A stretch of 64,000 bases of DNA from Octopus sinensis (Eukaryota): assembly GCF_006345805.1 (NCBI RefSeq), contig NC_043014.1:29016001-29080000 (forward strand), in the 5' to 3' direction. The notes under the pieces were generated by a model. The model saw only the letters and a program-made list of their open reading frames with translations. It did no database searches and was not told where the DNA came from. Made by a program: the position numbers and the translations under genes. How positions within the stretch are numbered: the stretch's first letter is position 1; every line of letters begins with the position of its first letter. Shown here in pieces: positions 26,772-39,478 of the stretch.

Positions 26772-26970
26772 GTACGGAGACGTTTGCTACTGTCTCATCC
26801 ACTGATTTTCTCCAGTGTTTACCCATCTACAACTGTTCAGCCCTTTTTCTTTCTGTCTTTTTCCTCTATCCTTCTTTTCTCCTCTCTCTCTCTCTCTGTC
26901 TCTCATTTTTGCGCTTCCTGTCTTCATCTCTTCGTTCTCTCAATACGTTATTTCTTGGATGTCAATGTAG

Positions 26971-27140
26971 TAAACACGATCCACTGTGTATTCCATAGTC
27001 TCAGAGATCCCTTCTCAGTACAACACAGCTCTTATTGCAAAAGCAAACATAAGCTTAGCAACGGGAGCAACCGTGCGATTTATCAGACAGCAGCAGGTCT
27101 GGATGTATTGGGCTCGGTTTACCTCACAAATCGCATCTAG
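26971..27140 (+). CDS. Candidate terminal coding exon of an unidentified host gene
   Basis: Follows a long pyrimidine tract; acceptor tgtag|; phase-compatible with 26641-26771; NTIHCVFHSLRDPF...AAGLDVLGSVYLTNRI*. Confidence 0.3.
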
Positions 27141-27446
27141 CGTTTTGCAGGTGAACAAGCTAGGCACCGTTTGCAATGAGAAGAGAGTCGCCATCATCCG
27201 CCATTACATCATGCAGAGGTCAACCTGACCAGGAGAAGACTGTGACATTCGGACTATGTCAACTACTCTCTCTCTCTCCCTCCCCCTCTTTATCTCTCTC
27301 TCTCTCTCTCTCTCTCTCCCTCTCTTACTCACTTAATCTATTTCACAATTTCCTATATCCCCCTCTCGTTTTCTCTCAGGATGCACACTCACACAAACAC
27401 ACACGCGCGCACTCACACAGACACACACACACACACACACTATAAT

Positions 27447-27494
<48 letters not shown>

Positions 27495-27516
27495 AATATA
27501 TTTACACATATATATG

Positions 27517-27554
<38 letters not shown>

Positions 27555-27784
27555 TATAGAAATGTGCAGATGTATAATTCTTTATCTATACGAAGCTAAG
27601 GCTGAGTATAATATACTTATACATTTTTACTTGTAGTACTGAATGATACTTCTAGCAAATATATACATACATACATACATACATATATATATATATATAA
27701 TATATATATATATATATACAAGGGATTTTATATTTTATTATTGTATTATTATATCTATGCGTATGTGTGAATATTAACTATGTA

Positions 27785-28617
27785 CAGGATGCAGTGACTA
27801 AACTGTCGTCTAAATTACACAAAACTGAAAATAACACTGACATCTCATTTTAACAGATATTTTTACCAAACTTACATTAAAATATCTTGAAATACTAAGC
27901 AGTATATTTATTCAATAGAATAGCTTCATCCACGGCCTTCAGACGACTTCGGAATCTCCTGCAACTCTACTGGGTGGTCTTCTTGATTAAGTTGGAGAAT
28001 CCTGCTATAATGCTTGCCTTCAGTTCCTCTTCGATGTTACAATGAGTTTTGTTGGTGTCTCGCTCAACTGTACCCCTCACGTAATAATCAACGGGTTGCA
28101 ATCTGGGCAGTTAGGTGGTTAGATGTTAGGGGTGATGTGGTCGCAGAAATTGTCTGACAACCATGACTAGGTTCTCCTGCTTGTGTGGCATGGTGCAAAG
28201 TTATGTTGCCAGAGATAGGGTCTTCCAGCAGCCACCCTCTTGACCCAGGGCAGCACTACCTCCTCCAGACACTTGATGTAGGCCTGTGTGTTGAGTGTGA
28301 TACGTATGGGAAGATGAATGGAGGTATAACGTCATCATCACTAGTGATCACTCCAGACACCATGATGTTGACTGAATGTTTGATTGCTATCACTCTCGGT
28401 ACATGTCCTCAGATTAACACCCAAACACTCATAAATGACCGTATGGAGTTTCCGGCGCGGATGCAGTACAACATGTCGTTTCAAAATTTCTGGCAGAGTG
28501 AATTGCGTCATGATGTTTTACTCACAGACGGTTCCCAACTGACCCTATTATAATATTACTATACGAAATGAAAAACAAAAAATGCACAAAAACAAACAAT
28601 TTACCCACCGAACCCTG
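27785..28617 (-). mobile_element. DD37D (maT-type) Tc1/mariner element, internally deleted, both TIRs present
   Basis: WQHNFAPCHTSRRT*SWLSDNFCDHITPNI*PPNCPDCNPL/DYYV gives 37 residues between catalytic positions 2 and 3; degenerate TIRs CAGGATGCAGTGACTAAACTGT and CAGGGTTCGGTGGGTAAATTGT. Confidence 0.85.
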
Positions 28618-28619
28618 CA

Positions 28620-28920
<301 letters not shown>

Positions 28921-29198
28921 TATATATTATATAGATATATATAGATAGAGAGAGAGAGAGAGAGAGAGAAGAGAGAATACATATATGTGTATGTATGTAG
29001 ATAAATTAATATATCGATACATTATAATGTATAAGAGAAATAAATAGTACATATATGGATAAATGTCTATCTAGATATTATATATATAGATAATCATATA
29101 TATAGATATTATATCTATATATATAGTATATATATATATATATATATATATATCCATATATTTATATATTATATATATAGATATATATTATATATATA

Positions 29199-29700
29199 TC
29201 AGGTCATCCCATAAGTTCTGTCTGAATTTTGAATAAAGAAAACAAGTGATCAATGTTACATTTATTGAAATCTAATCCTCAATATACTTTCCCTGATTAT
29301 TTATAACTTCCTTCCATCTATTTACAAGCCATCAATGTAAAACTCCTTTGGTTTCAAAGCGAAAAACTCTGAAACGTCAGTTTCGACCTCCTCCTGGCTT
29401 GCAAAAGTTACGTCCCCCAAATGATTCTGTAAACTAAGAAACAAATGGTAGTCTGAAGGAGTAAAGTCGGGAAAATAAGGTGGATGAGGAATTTTTTCCC
29501 AACCAAACTCTCCGATCTTCTGTAATGTGATCTTTGCAGTGTGGGACCACGCATTGTCCTGATGAAACATCACTCCTTTTCGATTCACTAAAGCGGGTCT
29601 TTTTTTTTAATTCAAAGCTTGGTTCAGTAGACTTGAGCATTGATTGTTGCATTAGGTGGTAATAATTCAAAGTGAATTACTCCTTTGCAATCCCACCATC
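29199..29700 (-). mobile_element. Mariner remnant (Hsmar1-like C-terminal half) with one TIR
   Basis: NRKGVMFHQDNAWSHTAKITLQKIGEFGWEKIPHPPYFPDFTPSDYHLFLSLQNHL; end TCAGGTCATCCCATAAGTTCTG in (TA)n. Confidence 0.9.
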
Positions 29701-30209
29701 AAAGTTTGCTTTCATTCTGTGGATTATATTTGTATTGGATGATAGTAGGTAAGCCTAATTTATAACTTCACTGTTACTGATTCACACTTCTCTTCTGTAT
29801 TTCGCAGTCTCTTTCATTATGCAGAAGATTCTGTTGTTTTCATGGTCTTTTACTAATGACCATCACCCAATCTATGTTTCTGTTTAAATTTGTTTCCTGG
29901 CCAATCATGGCTGTTTATAGGATAGTTCATGTTGGATTAGTCCTCTTCTATTTTTATTTCTCGACACCTACAGACATTCAATACCTACCTTAGGGTTGTA
30001 CATAAAGTCAACGTCAGAAGTTTTCATGTATTTCCTTTCATTCTTTGAAAGTCAGATAGGTTCCAGTTGAAATTCAAACTACAGCTAAAGTATTTGATAA
30101 CTTCGCTAATCTTTGCATGGACATACGTAAGTTTCTACAGTCTGGTGTGTATGCATGGGATGATAGTCGTTATCTATCAATCTATTTATCTATTTATCTA
30201 TCTATTTCT

Positions 30210-30502
30210 ATTGAGATAGTGTTGAACGAAACACCCATGTTTCCAGAGGTGAATTATTCAAACCCCCAAAGTAATCCTATCAACACATGGCTATAATGCT
30301 CTCCCACTACTTCTGCTCATGATCAGAGATGCACATATCGTCAACCACAAAGGGACATACTCAACTGATGAAGGTCAAACAACTGATAAGCAAATCTGTG
30401 GTATGGAGCAGAATATTTGTTGTAGCCCATAATGTACATGACAACACTTCCAATCATTTAAGATCAGAAGCCAGAAGCTATGTGAGGCAGTGCCTAGTAT
30501 AG

Positions 30503-30505
<3 letters not shown>
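30210..30505. mobile_element. Family C fragment
   Basis: TGTTGAACGAAACACCCATGTTTCCAGAGGTG... to a degenerate CAGGGC end, then (ATC)n. Confidence 0.8.
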
Positions 30506-30544
<39 letters not shown>

Positions 30545-30553
30545 GATTATTGA

Positions 30554-30595
<42 letters not shown>

Positions 30596-30612
30596 CATTA
30601 TTATTATTATTA

Positions 30613-30729
30613 TTGAGTGAGATAGCAGTGCATGCCATCAAAGTGACACCGGGGTACAAATATACGAAGCCCAATATACCCATGATGACTAGCCATCTGA
30701 CAAGGGTACACCAGGCACATGCATCACAA
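30613..30729. mobile_element. Family C fragment (GAGTGAG end)
   Basis: TTGAGTGAGATAGCAGTGCATGCC...GCATCACAA after (TTA)n. Confidence 0.8.
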
Positions 30730-30819
30730 ACATGTTATTGAGTTTCTTAAAAAGTTTTGGAGTTTCAATGGAATTGAGCCCAGCGCTCCGATCACCACTG
30801 GTATCACTTTTACATTACC

Positions 30820-31110
30820 ATCTCACGTTCCATACAGACGTTCCTTCCAGATTATGTTTAGGCATGCTATGGGACGGTAGTTTCCCACAATATTCCCCTT
30901 TCTTCTATCTTTCATTACAAGTGTTGTCCTCCCAGTCACCATCCACGCGGAGGGCTGCTAGTATTTTATGCACCGCGTGGCCTCTTCTTCATCCACAAGC
31001 CATGAATCCCATCGGATCCGGAGGCTTTCCAGTTAGACGCTTTACTCATTTGTACTTTCACATCACCCGTGCTTATGACAATATTCCTTTATTTCTTTCC
31101 TCTTTGTAAT
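30820..31110 (-). mobile_element. R4/Dong RT N-terminal fragment
   Basis: MSKASNWKASGSDGIHGLWMKK...WMVTGRTTLVMKDRRKGNIVGNYRPIACLNIIWK. Confidence 0.8.
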
Positions 31111-31187
31111 TCTGTTTTGATAGTTCCTATCAACATTGCATCCCTTTTATATTATTAATTATTATTATTATTATTTATTATTAGTAT

Positions 31188-31272
<85 letters not shown>

Positions 31273-31273
<1 letters not shown>

Positions 31274-31790
31274 CTTTTAATCTGCATTTTGGTTACAGTC
31301 ACCTGCCGAGACACTCAGCGTCCTGGGGCAAGTAAAGGATAAAATATGTCACAATATGACTGAACGCTTAGGGAGGGGATGTAGTGAAATATATTCATGT
31401 AATATAACACAGACATTTAAATAGATAGGCTTTTTCTAAGGATGTGGGCAGTACTTGTCAGCACCATCTTTTGGATTTCTCTGAGACTTGGTTCTCCTCG
31501 GACCTTATCTAGATGTTTCCGACATCCATTTCTTATCATACCTAGGGTACCTACAATAACAGAATCTATTCTCGTTTTAAGATACCAGAACTTTTGTATT
31601 TCAATTTCCAGTCCTTTTATTTATTTAGTTTGTCAAATTCCATGACAGATATATTTTTATCAGTGAGAACACTTACATCTATTAGTGTACAATTATTTTC
31701 TTTCCTGTCTTTAATAATTATGTCTGGTCGATTAGCCTAGATCGTTCTGTCAGTGTTGACTGGAAAATCTTAGAGGATAGTGCCATTATC
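31273..31790 (-). mobile_element. Dong-1 3' end, 5'-truncated
   Basis: ANRPDIIIKD...LIDVSVLTDKNISV; 3' UTR shared with the copies at 7520, 53148 and 56512. Confidence 0.85.
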
Positions 31791-31803
31791 TCTATTATTA
31801 TTA

Positions 31804-32355
31804 TTGAGTGAGAGAGCAATGCATGCCATCAAAGTGACACTGGGGTAAAATATACGAAGCCCAGTATACCATCACGACTACCTGTCTAATAAAGGTACAT
31901 TAGGCACATGCATCACAACCATATTTGCGCGACATGGTGATCTCATATCAAGATAAGCAGCACATGACCTTGCAGGTGCGGCCCAGTTAGAATTTTTTTT
32001 GGTCGAGTAATCCATCCCGCTCAGAAGGTCCCTGAATAAGGGTTGTTTAAGGATGTTGAATGAAACACCCATGATTCCAGTGGTGAATTATTCAAACCCA
32101 AAAGAATTCCTCTCAACACATGGCTATGATGCTCTCCCACTACTTCGGCTTGTTATCAGAGATGCACATATCGTCAGCCAATAAGGATATGCTCAACTGG
32201 TTAAGGTCAAACAACTGACAAGCAAATCTGTGGTGTTGTGCAGAATATTTACTTTAGCCCATCTTTTATATCAAAACAAAATAATGTACATGATAACACT
32301 TCCAATCAATTAAGATCAGAAGCCATGAGAGCCACTGCCTGGTACTGCATCAGGG

Positions 32356-32357
<2 letters not shown>
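31804..32357. mobile_element. Family C element, full length (~554 bp)
   Basis: TTGAGTGAGAGAGC...GCATCAGGGCA flanked by TTA repeats; no TIR, tRNA head or ORF. Confidence 0.9.
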
Positions 32358-32418
<61 letters not shown>

Positions 32419-32432
32419 CACTTCAATAACTA

Positions 32433-32885
32433 CCAGAATCGTTATTTTTCCGCCTTTACGTTCTGAGTTCAAATTCTACCGAGATCGACATTGCCTTTTA
32501 TCCTTTCGGGGTCAATAAAAGTACCAGTGAAACACTGGGGTCGATGTAATCGACTAGTCCCTTCCCCAAAATTTCAGGCCTTGTGCCTTCAATAGAAAGG
32601 ATTATTATTATTGCTGTTGTTGTTGCGTTTGTTCTTATTCGTAAGGCCGTTATCGTGCCGTGCAAAATGCTTAGCAGCAATTTGTCCATCTTTACGTTCT
32701 GAGTTCAAATTCTGCTTAGTAGCATTTCTTCCGATCTTACTTTCTGAGTCCAACTGCCGCCGGGGTCGGTTTTATCGCTCATCCTTTTGGGGGTCGATAA
32801 AATAAGTACTAGTTGAACACTGAGATCAATATAATCGAATTATCCCCTTCCCCGAAATTGCTGGCCTTGTACCAAAATTTGACAT
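32433..32885 (+). mobile_element. Two adjacent SINE B2 copies
   Basis: Units ~32433-32600 (tail CCCTTCCCCAAAATTTCAGGCCTTGTGCCTTCAATAGAAAGGATTATT) and ~32643-32885. Confidence 0.75.
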
Positions 32886-33999
32886 CAATATTATATTTGT
32901 TCCTATCATTTTTTTTCTTCTTTTTTTCATAAACTCGAAATCTTCAGTCTGTTGACTATGTTTGATGTCAAGACATATCAATCAGAATTTTTTTCTTCTT
33001 TTTAAATTGAGTTTTATTCTCCTTCTCTGTTTGAAATTTGGAAAATATTTAAAAAAAATTCAATATCTAGTAAATACAAAATTTTTGTTTCTAGTTTTTC
33101 ATTTTTATTTTTCATATTCCGCATTATCATTTTTCTCCTTTTTTTTGCATTCATATCATTGTATCTCTTTTATTACGGATGAACGATTTTTCAGTTTAAA
33201 TTCAATTCATTAAAATAGTAAACTGCAGTTTTCTTTTTTTAGCTGTTTAAAGAAAACTAAGATATTATTGTATGCTTTCAGCTAAGATCTCCAATTTCAA
33301 GATGAGCCTTGACTTGTGGTTTCTTCAATAAATTTTGGAGGTTTTACATAATGTCATTGGTCGATTCATTCCCCTCTGACTAAGTCACTATCTTGGGAGC
33401 TTAGGTGCTGTTTCAAGTTCAAGACGAGGACACTTCCATTTTATTTTCGCTAAGCCATTGCAAAATGTCTGATTGTCAAACAATATGTGTAGAATATTTC
33501 ATTACTTCTCATTCTACTCATTCTAATTCTTGCCCCTACAAAGTATTGCCCTTGTTCTTATTACATACAAGAAATTTTTGAAGCACTAAGTACATAAAAA
33601 ATAAAACAATAAATCTGTATGATGTATGAAGAAGGAAAGAAAGCGACACTGAACACATTTGACAGGAGTTACGTATATTATTTAATAACGACCTGACTCA
33701 TGTAAAATTTTGATAGGTGTTTAGGATGAGCTCATCTCATCAGAAATTAGAAGAGAATTGTAACGATAAGATATTTCTGTAAATTAGTCACCAGCGGAAC
33801 GATTTGGTATCGAATTGAGTTTGACGGAAAGAACACAAATTCCGTTGAGATTTTTGAAAGCAAAAATATTAATTTTTTCGTTAGCAAACTGTGTATATTC
33901 ATTCAACGGGGAAAGGGAAGACGTTTGCGTCAAATGAGATAGTTCTAAACGTATATGAGATACTGCAGCCGAAATAATATACTATATCTCGCCTCTTAA

Positions 34000-34295
34000 C
34001 AGATTACACATGATAACGGACCATACTCCACGCAGCAGCCGATTATACTTTACCTTATAACCAACTATACTTCCTTTAAAAGCCGCCATTACGGTACCTC
34101 AGGGGAGACCATACTCCTCGTCAGAACAGTTTATAATTTACCTCACAACAAACTGTACCCCACAACAAACCATTCTCAACCTCTCAACAAACTATACTCT
34201 ACTTTGCAGCCAACTATTATACTCCTCACAGCTGACTATAATTCATCTCATAACTGACCACATTCCATCTTACAACAAACTGTGCTCCATACAAA
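34000..34295. repeat. Decayed ~20-bp minisatellite
   Basis: Recurrent units of the type (C/T)ATACTC..CTCACAACAAAC, about a dozen degenerate copies. Confidence 0.5.
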
Positions 34296-34599
34296 ATATT
34301 TATGTCTTTGTACCAATGTAAGAAACAAGAATATTGTTGATAACTCACATGGTCGATATCTGACCCGGTATGGCGGAATCCAATAAGATTGTAGCAGTAT
34401 TTAGAGACGTCTCATGTTCTGATTTTATATGTCACTGAGGTCAAGTTTTCCTTCCTTCCATCCGAGGACGATAAAATGAACTATCCTTCATCTCCCTGAA
34501 AACATGTGAATTTGCTTCTATGTTAGAAATATAATCCATTACTTTAACAAAATTCGACGAAAGTCGTTTCCACGAATTCATTACTGTCTTGGGACTAAG

Positions 34600-34865
34600 T
34601 GACTGTAAGAGTCTTTCCTTAATTCTCAATAACTTTGTGAAAGATTCTTTCAGAATACGCAAGATGGCAATTTCCTCTAACTTCTCATTTTGTATTATGG
34701 CTCCTCTGTTTCCCAGTGTCTTCACCAATATTTGTGTTAATGTTTTCAATGCTCCTATGATAATACGGGCAATTTTGCTCACGTTTCTCAAAGGTTTCTC
34801 AGTTTTCTTATCAAATCCTAAAATATTCTCAATCACTTTAGACAAATTTTCCTTCTTCTTTGTTA
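34600..34865 (-). mobile_element. Old R4/Dong C-terminal remnant
   Basis: KKKENLSK...RNVSKIARIIIGALKTL...LEEIAILRILK resembles the REL-domain end (KxxKY...PIIIGALG...ILRK). Confidence 0.5.
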
Positions 34866-34869
34866 TCAT

Positions 34870-35350
<481 letters not shown>

Positions 35351-35529
35351 AAAATTCCCAGTATCTCATTCCAGCCATGACTTTTTCTTTATTTCGTACA
35401 CCAGACTACATTATCCATTATGTCATAGCAAGCGCGAAGCGTGAGGGAAATTTGGTTGCTATTTCTAGCAAATTGCATGACCGCACAGAGGGTCATTCGT
35501 TGGCTCTGCTTGATGACGGTGTCATTTTC

Positions 35530-35690
35530 TAGGAGTGGCTGTGTGGTAAGTAGCTTGCTTACGAACCGCATGGTTCCCGTTTCAGTCCCACTGCGTGGCA
35601 CCTTGCGCAGGTGTCTTCTACTATAGCCTCGGGCCCACCAAAGCCTTGTGAGTGGATTTGGTAGACGGAAACTGAAAGAAGTCCGTCGTA

Positions 35691-35738
<48 letters not shown>

Positions 35739-35945
35739 TGTGTGTCTATGTTTGTCCGCACAACATCGCTTGACAACCGATGCTGGTGTATTTACGTTCC
35801 CGTAACTTAGCGGTTCGGCAAAAGAGACCGATAGAATTAGTACTAGGCTTACAAAGAATAAGTCCTAGGGTCAATTTGCTCGACTAAAGGCGGTGCTCCA
35901 GCATGGCCAAAGTCAAATGACTGAAACAAGTAAAATAGAGAGTAT
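35530..35945 (+). mobile_element. SINE family A, near full length
   Basis: GGAGTGGCTGTGTGGTAAGTAGCTTGCTT...GTCAAATGACTGAAACAAGTAAAA. Confidence 0.9.
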
Positions 35946-36627
35946 AAACTGCGGACACAAATTGCTAGGCACATTACCTAAATCTCTAAAATTACAACTT
36001 ACCGTTGCAAAAAGAAAAAGAATAGGATACCTTACATAATGTAGTAGATATACTACGTCTGATAAAAAAAAGTGGAATGGTCGTGACAGGAATGATTTTC
36101 TGCGTGGGTGTCTGATCAATCAGGATTTAATTATTGCTAAATATGCAATATTTTGCAGATTGTTTTAATGGAACAGTCTAAGGGAGAGATAAAGGAAGAA
36201 ATAGTGGTGGTGGTAAAGGAAAAGGATGAGAAGGACGAAAGATTATGATGGAGCAGAATGAAGAAGAATAAACGGAAAAGAAGGAAAAGGAGAAAAGATT
36301 GAGAAAGAAAAAGAATGGGGGGGAGTGAGTGAAGTGGAAGAGCATGGTTTCAACATGTTTTAGCGAGTAATTAAATTCGCTTTATTCTACCCTTCTCCTA
36401 ACCTGTGAGCTATTTCAAACGAAATTTAACCAAGTACAACATTTTGTATTGTTGTTGTTATTATTGTTAAAGATTAAGAACAAAACAAAAATAATAATTG
36501 TAACTTCTGAAATTGGTACAAGGTCACAGATTGTGTAGGAGTCAAGATTTGAGTGGTAAGTGGTACTTATTTTAGCAATTTTGGAAACGTTAAAAGTTAC
36601 ATAACGGGATTTTATATAAAGGGATGT

Positions 36628-36940
36628 GAGGTGGCGAGCCTGCAGAATCGTTAGCACGCCGGGCAAAATAATTAGTGGCATTTAGTCTGGCTTTAAGTTC
36701 TGGGTTCAAATTCCGGCGAAGTCGACTTTGCCTTTCATCCTTTCGGAGTCGATAAATGAAGTACCAATTGCGTACAGGGGTCGATCTAATCGACTGCCCC
36801 CGCCCAAATGGGAGGGGGTTAGTCGATAACATCGATCCAAGTGCTTGACTGGTATTTATTTCATCAACTCTGAAATAACGAAAGGCTAAGTCAGCTTCGA
36901 CGGAATTTGAACTCAGAACGTTAAGGCAAACGAAATAGCG
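36628..36940. mobile_element. Two SINE B copies tail-to-tail
   Basis: Plus copy ~36628-36805, minus copy ~36812-36940. Confidence 0.7.
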
Positions 36941-37165
36941 CTTTGGATAATGTTAATGACATTGACATCTGTCTCACTGTCACCTTTGTAAAGCAATATG
37001 GTCAGGTTTTGAATGTAGAAGTAGCATAAAATGTATCAATGACCAGGAGAGAAAAAGTTATGGTGATACAAGTCCTAAGTGCCTTCGATACCCCTTGTGG
37101 CTTTGTGTCTCTTCTTGGACACGATAGCTGTAGCATTGTGATTGGTGGTGAGGGACAGAAATCTT

Positions 37166-37399
37166 ATTTCTATATTGCCCACGAGGGGCTAAACATAGAG
37201 GGAACAAATAAGGACAGACAGGGAGATTAAATCGATTACATCGACCCTAGTGCGTAAACTGGTACTTAATTTATCGACCCCGAAAGAATGAAAGGCAAAG
37301 TCGACCTCAGCGGAATTTGAACTCAGAATGTAACGGCAGACGAACTACTGCTAAGCATTTCGTCTGGCGTGCTAACGTCTCTGCCAGCTCGCCGCCCTA
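37166..37399 (-). mobile_element. SINE family B1 with 15-bp target-site duplication
   Basis: TSD AGGGACAGAAATCTT at 37151-37165 and 37400-37414. Confidence 0.92.
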
Positions 37400-38252
37400 A
37401 GGGACAGAAATCTTGATGTCACATTTGTAGTGTTGTGGAAGCAAGAAATGTAATACCTGCTTCAATAATTGAAAAAGCATTGTAGAAACTGCAGCGGTAC
37501 CAGCAGCAAAAAAACAGCAGGTCCCGAGTGCTGCTGCTTCAGTAGCTTTGCTAATCAAAGCACCAGAAATAACGAGTTAGATTACATTCTCCTTAGTTTC
37601 AGAATCCGATGAAACCAAAGGTCCTTCCTATTCCCAGAAATACCATTTTTTATCGTCATGCAAATAGAAACCGAAAAGCACTGACTGATTTTCACGGAGA
37701 GTAGGAAAATGAAGACGAAACAGAAGGCAGAATATCTGTTGAATGGAATTTCGCAACTTCACTGTGATCCAACGCAAAGTAAAAAAAATGGATTGTACAA
37801 TTTGATATTTTATTTTGGAATAATAAAATAACTAAAAAATTGATACAGCATGAGTTGAGATGTTGATACCAGGGGTACATGCAGCACAAGATTTCGACAA
37901 AAGAAACTGAAAACATGTTAGCGTTCCACTATCACTTGAAGGTCTATTCCGAAGGGGGTTTGTGCACTACACTCTTCTGACGCTAAAAATGTATATACGT
38001 GTATTTTAACGTATTCGTTCCCAATAAGAGTAATGCCAGGTTGACAGAGACATAGAGGATCATAATCCTACTTAGCTGCAAGTTCCCTATAGTAATCCTT
38101 GGGGTTAGCCTGCTGATTCCTCACATTCTTCAAATTGCTTTTCATGGGCTTTGTATTTATATAAAAGCATTTACCTGTTTCTTATGTTTAATTCATAACA
38201 AATGTTTAGTACAATTTAGTATGTGTGTGTATGTGTGTGTGTATACATACAC

Positions 38253-38767
<515 letters not shown>

Positions 38768-38769
<2 letters not shown>

Positions 38770-39075
38770 TGAGACCCCCTTCGGTCATGACTGACCATGG
38801 GATTGCAGTTAGAAAGTTACCCTCCTAGGCACATGTCCGGGCAAGGTTGTTTATGGAAGACCAGCAGTCGGCCATGCATACCAGCCTCCTCTCTTCACGC
38901 CACCAGTGTTATCCAAGGGAAAGGCAACAGCAGATACATTTCTAGAGCTGAGTGAACTGGAGCAATAAAGTGAAATAAAGTGTCTTGCTCAAGAACACAA
39001 CACAGACCGGTCCAGGATTCGAATTCACAACCTCACGATCGTAAGCTCCACGCTCTAACTACTGAGCCATGCGCC

Positions 39076-39080
<5 letters not shown>
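38768..39080 (-). mobile_element. tRNA-derived SINE, family D, tail 2
   Basis: Head GAAGGCGCATGGCTCAGTAGTTAGAGCG...AATTCGAATCC; core GTTCTTGAGCAAGACACTTTATTTCAC...CTCCAGTTCACTCAGCT; tail differs from 96-422. Confidence 0.8.
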
Positions 39081-39112
<32 letters not shown>

Positions 39113-39134
39113 GTATATATATAAATATATAAAC

Positions 39135-39372
39135 GTGTACCTTTGACCTGCAACTATAATATCCCATATATGTCCCTTCATATATTTTAATTTTTACTTG
39201 TATTCACTTATTTCCATTTATACTTCCTATTTCCTTCCTTTTCCAAAATAACTCTAATATTTCCCTCTATTTAACCGTCTCACATCGTCTCTGATGATGG
39301 GATATCCCTAACATCCCAGAAACAGCTGTAAGACTTACTTTCCAGCCTCGGCTTTGTTGTCTCATTTTATTT
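39135..39372 (+). mobile_element. Probable solo Penelope-like pseudo-LTR
   Basis: ~240-bp T-rich unique segment between microsatellites, carrying a hammerhead near its 3' end. Confidence 0.5.
39287..39334 (+). ncRNA. Minimal type I hammerhead ribozyme, apparently intact
   Basis: GTCT-CTGATGA-TGGGAT ATCCCTAAC ATCCCA-GAAAC AGCT GTA-AGAC. All core nucleotides present; stem I 4 bp, stem II 6 bp, palindromic stem III ACAGCTGT, GUA triplet. Confidence 0.88.
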
Positions 39373-39421
39373 AACACACACACACACACACACACATATA
39401 TATGATATATATGTATGTATG

Positions 39422-39478
<57 letters not shown>

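Noticed and set aside
29700-30150. Possible APE-endonuclease remnant (DHHPIYV)
   Set aside because: A single short motif only.
31804-32357. HDV-like ribozyme at either end of family C (and in the tail of 38768-39080)
   Set aside because: I could not build a complete P1/P2/P3/P1.1 fold by eye; a proper descriptor search is needed.
33705-33748. Hammerhead-like CUGAUGA-GAUGAGCUCAUC on the minus strand
   Set aside because: GAAA is replaced by CUAAA and stem III is mismatched; chance or too decayed to call.
36945-37580. Possible L1/Tx1 ORF1 remnant (IVIGGEGQKS*CHIC) around the B1 insertion
   Set aside because: Similarity too short to support a call.
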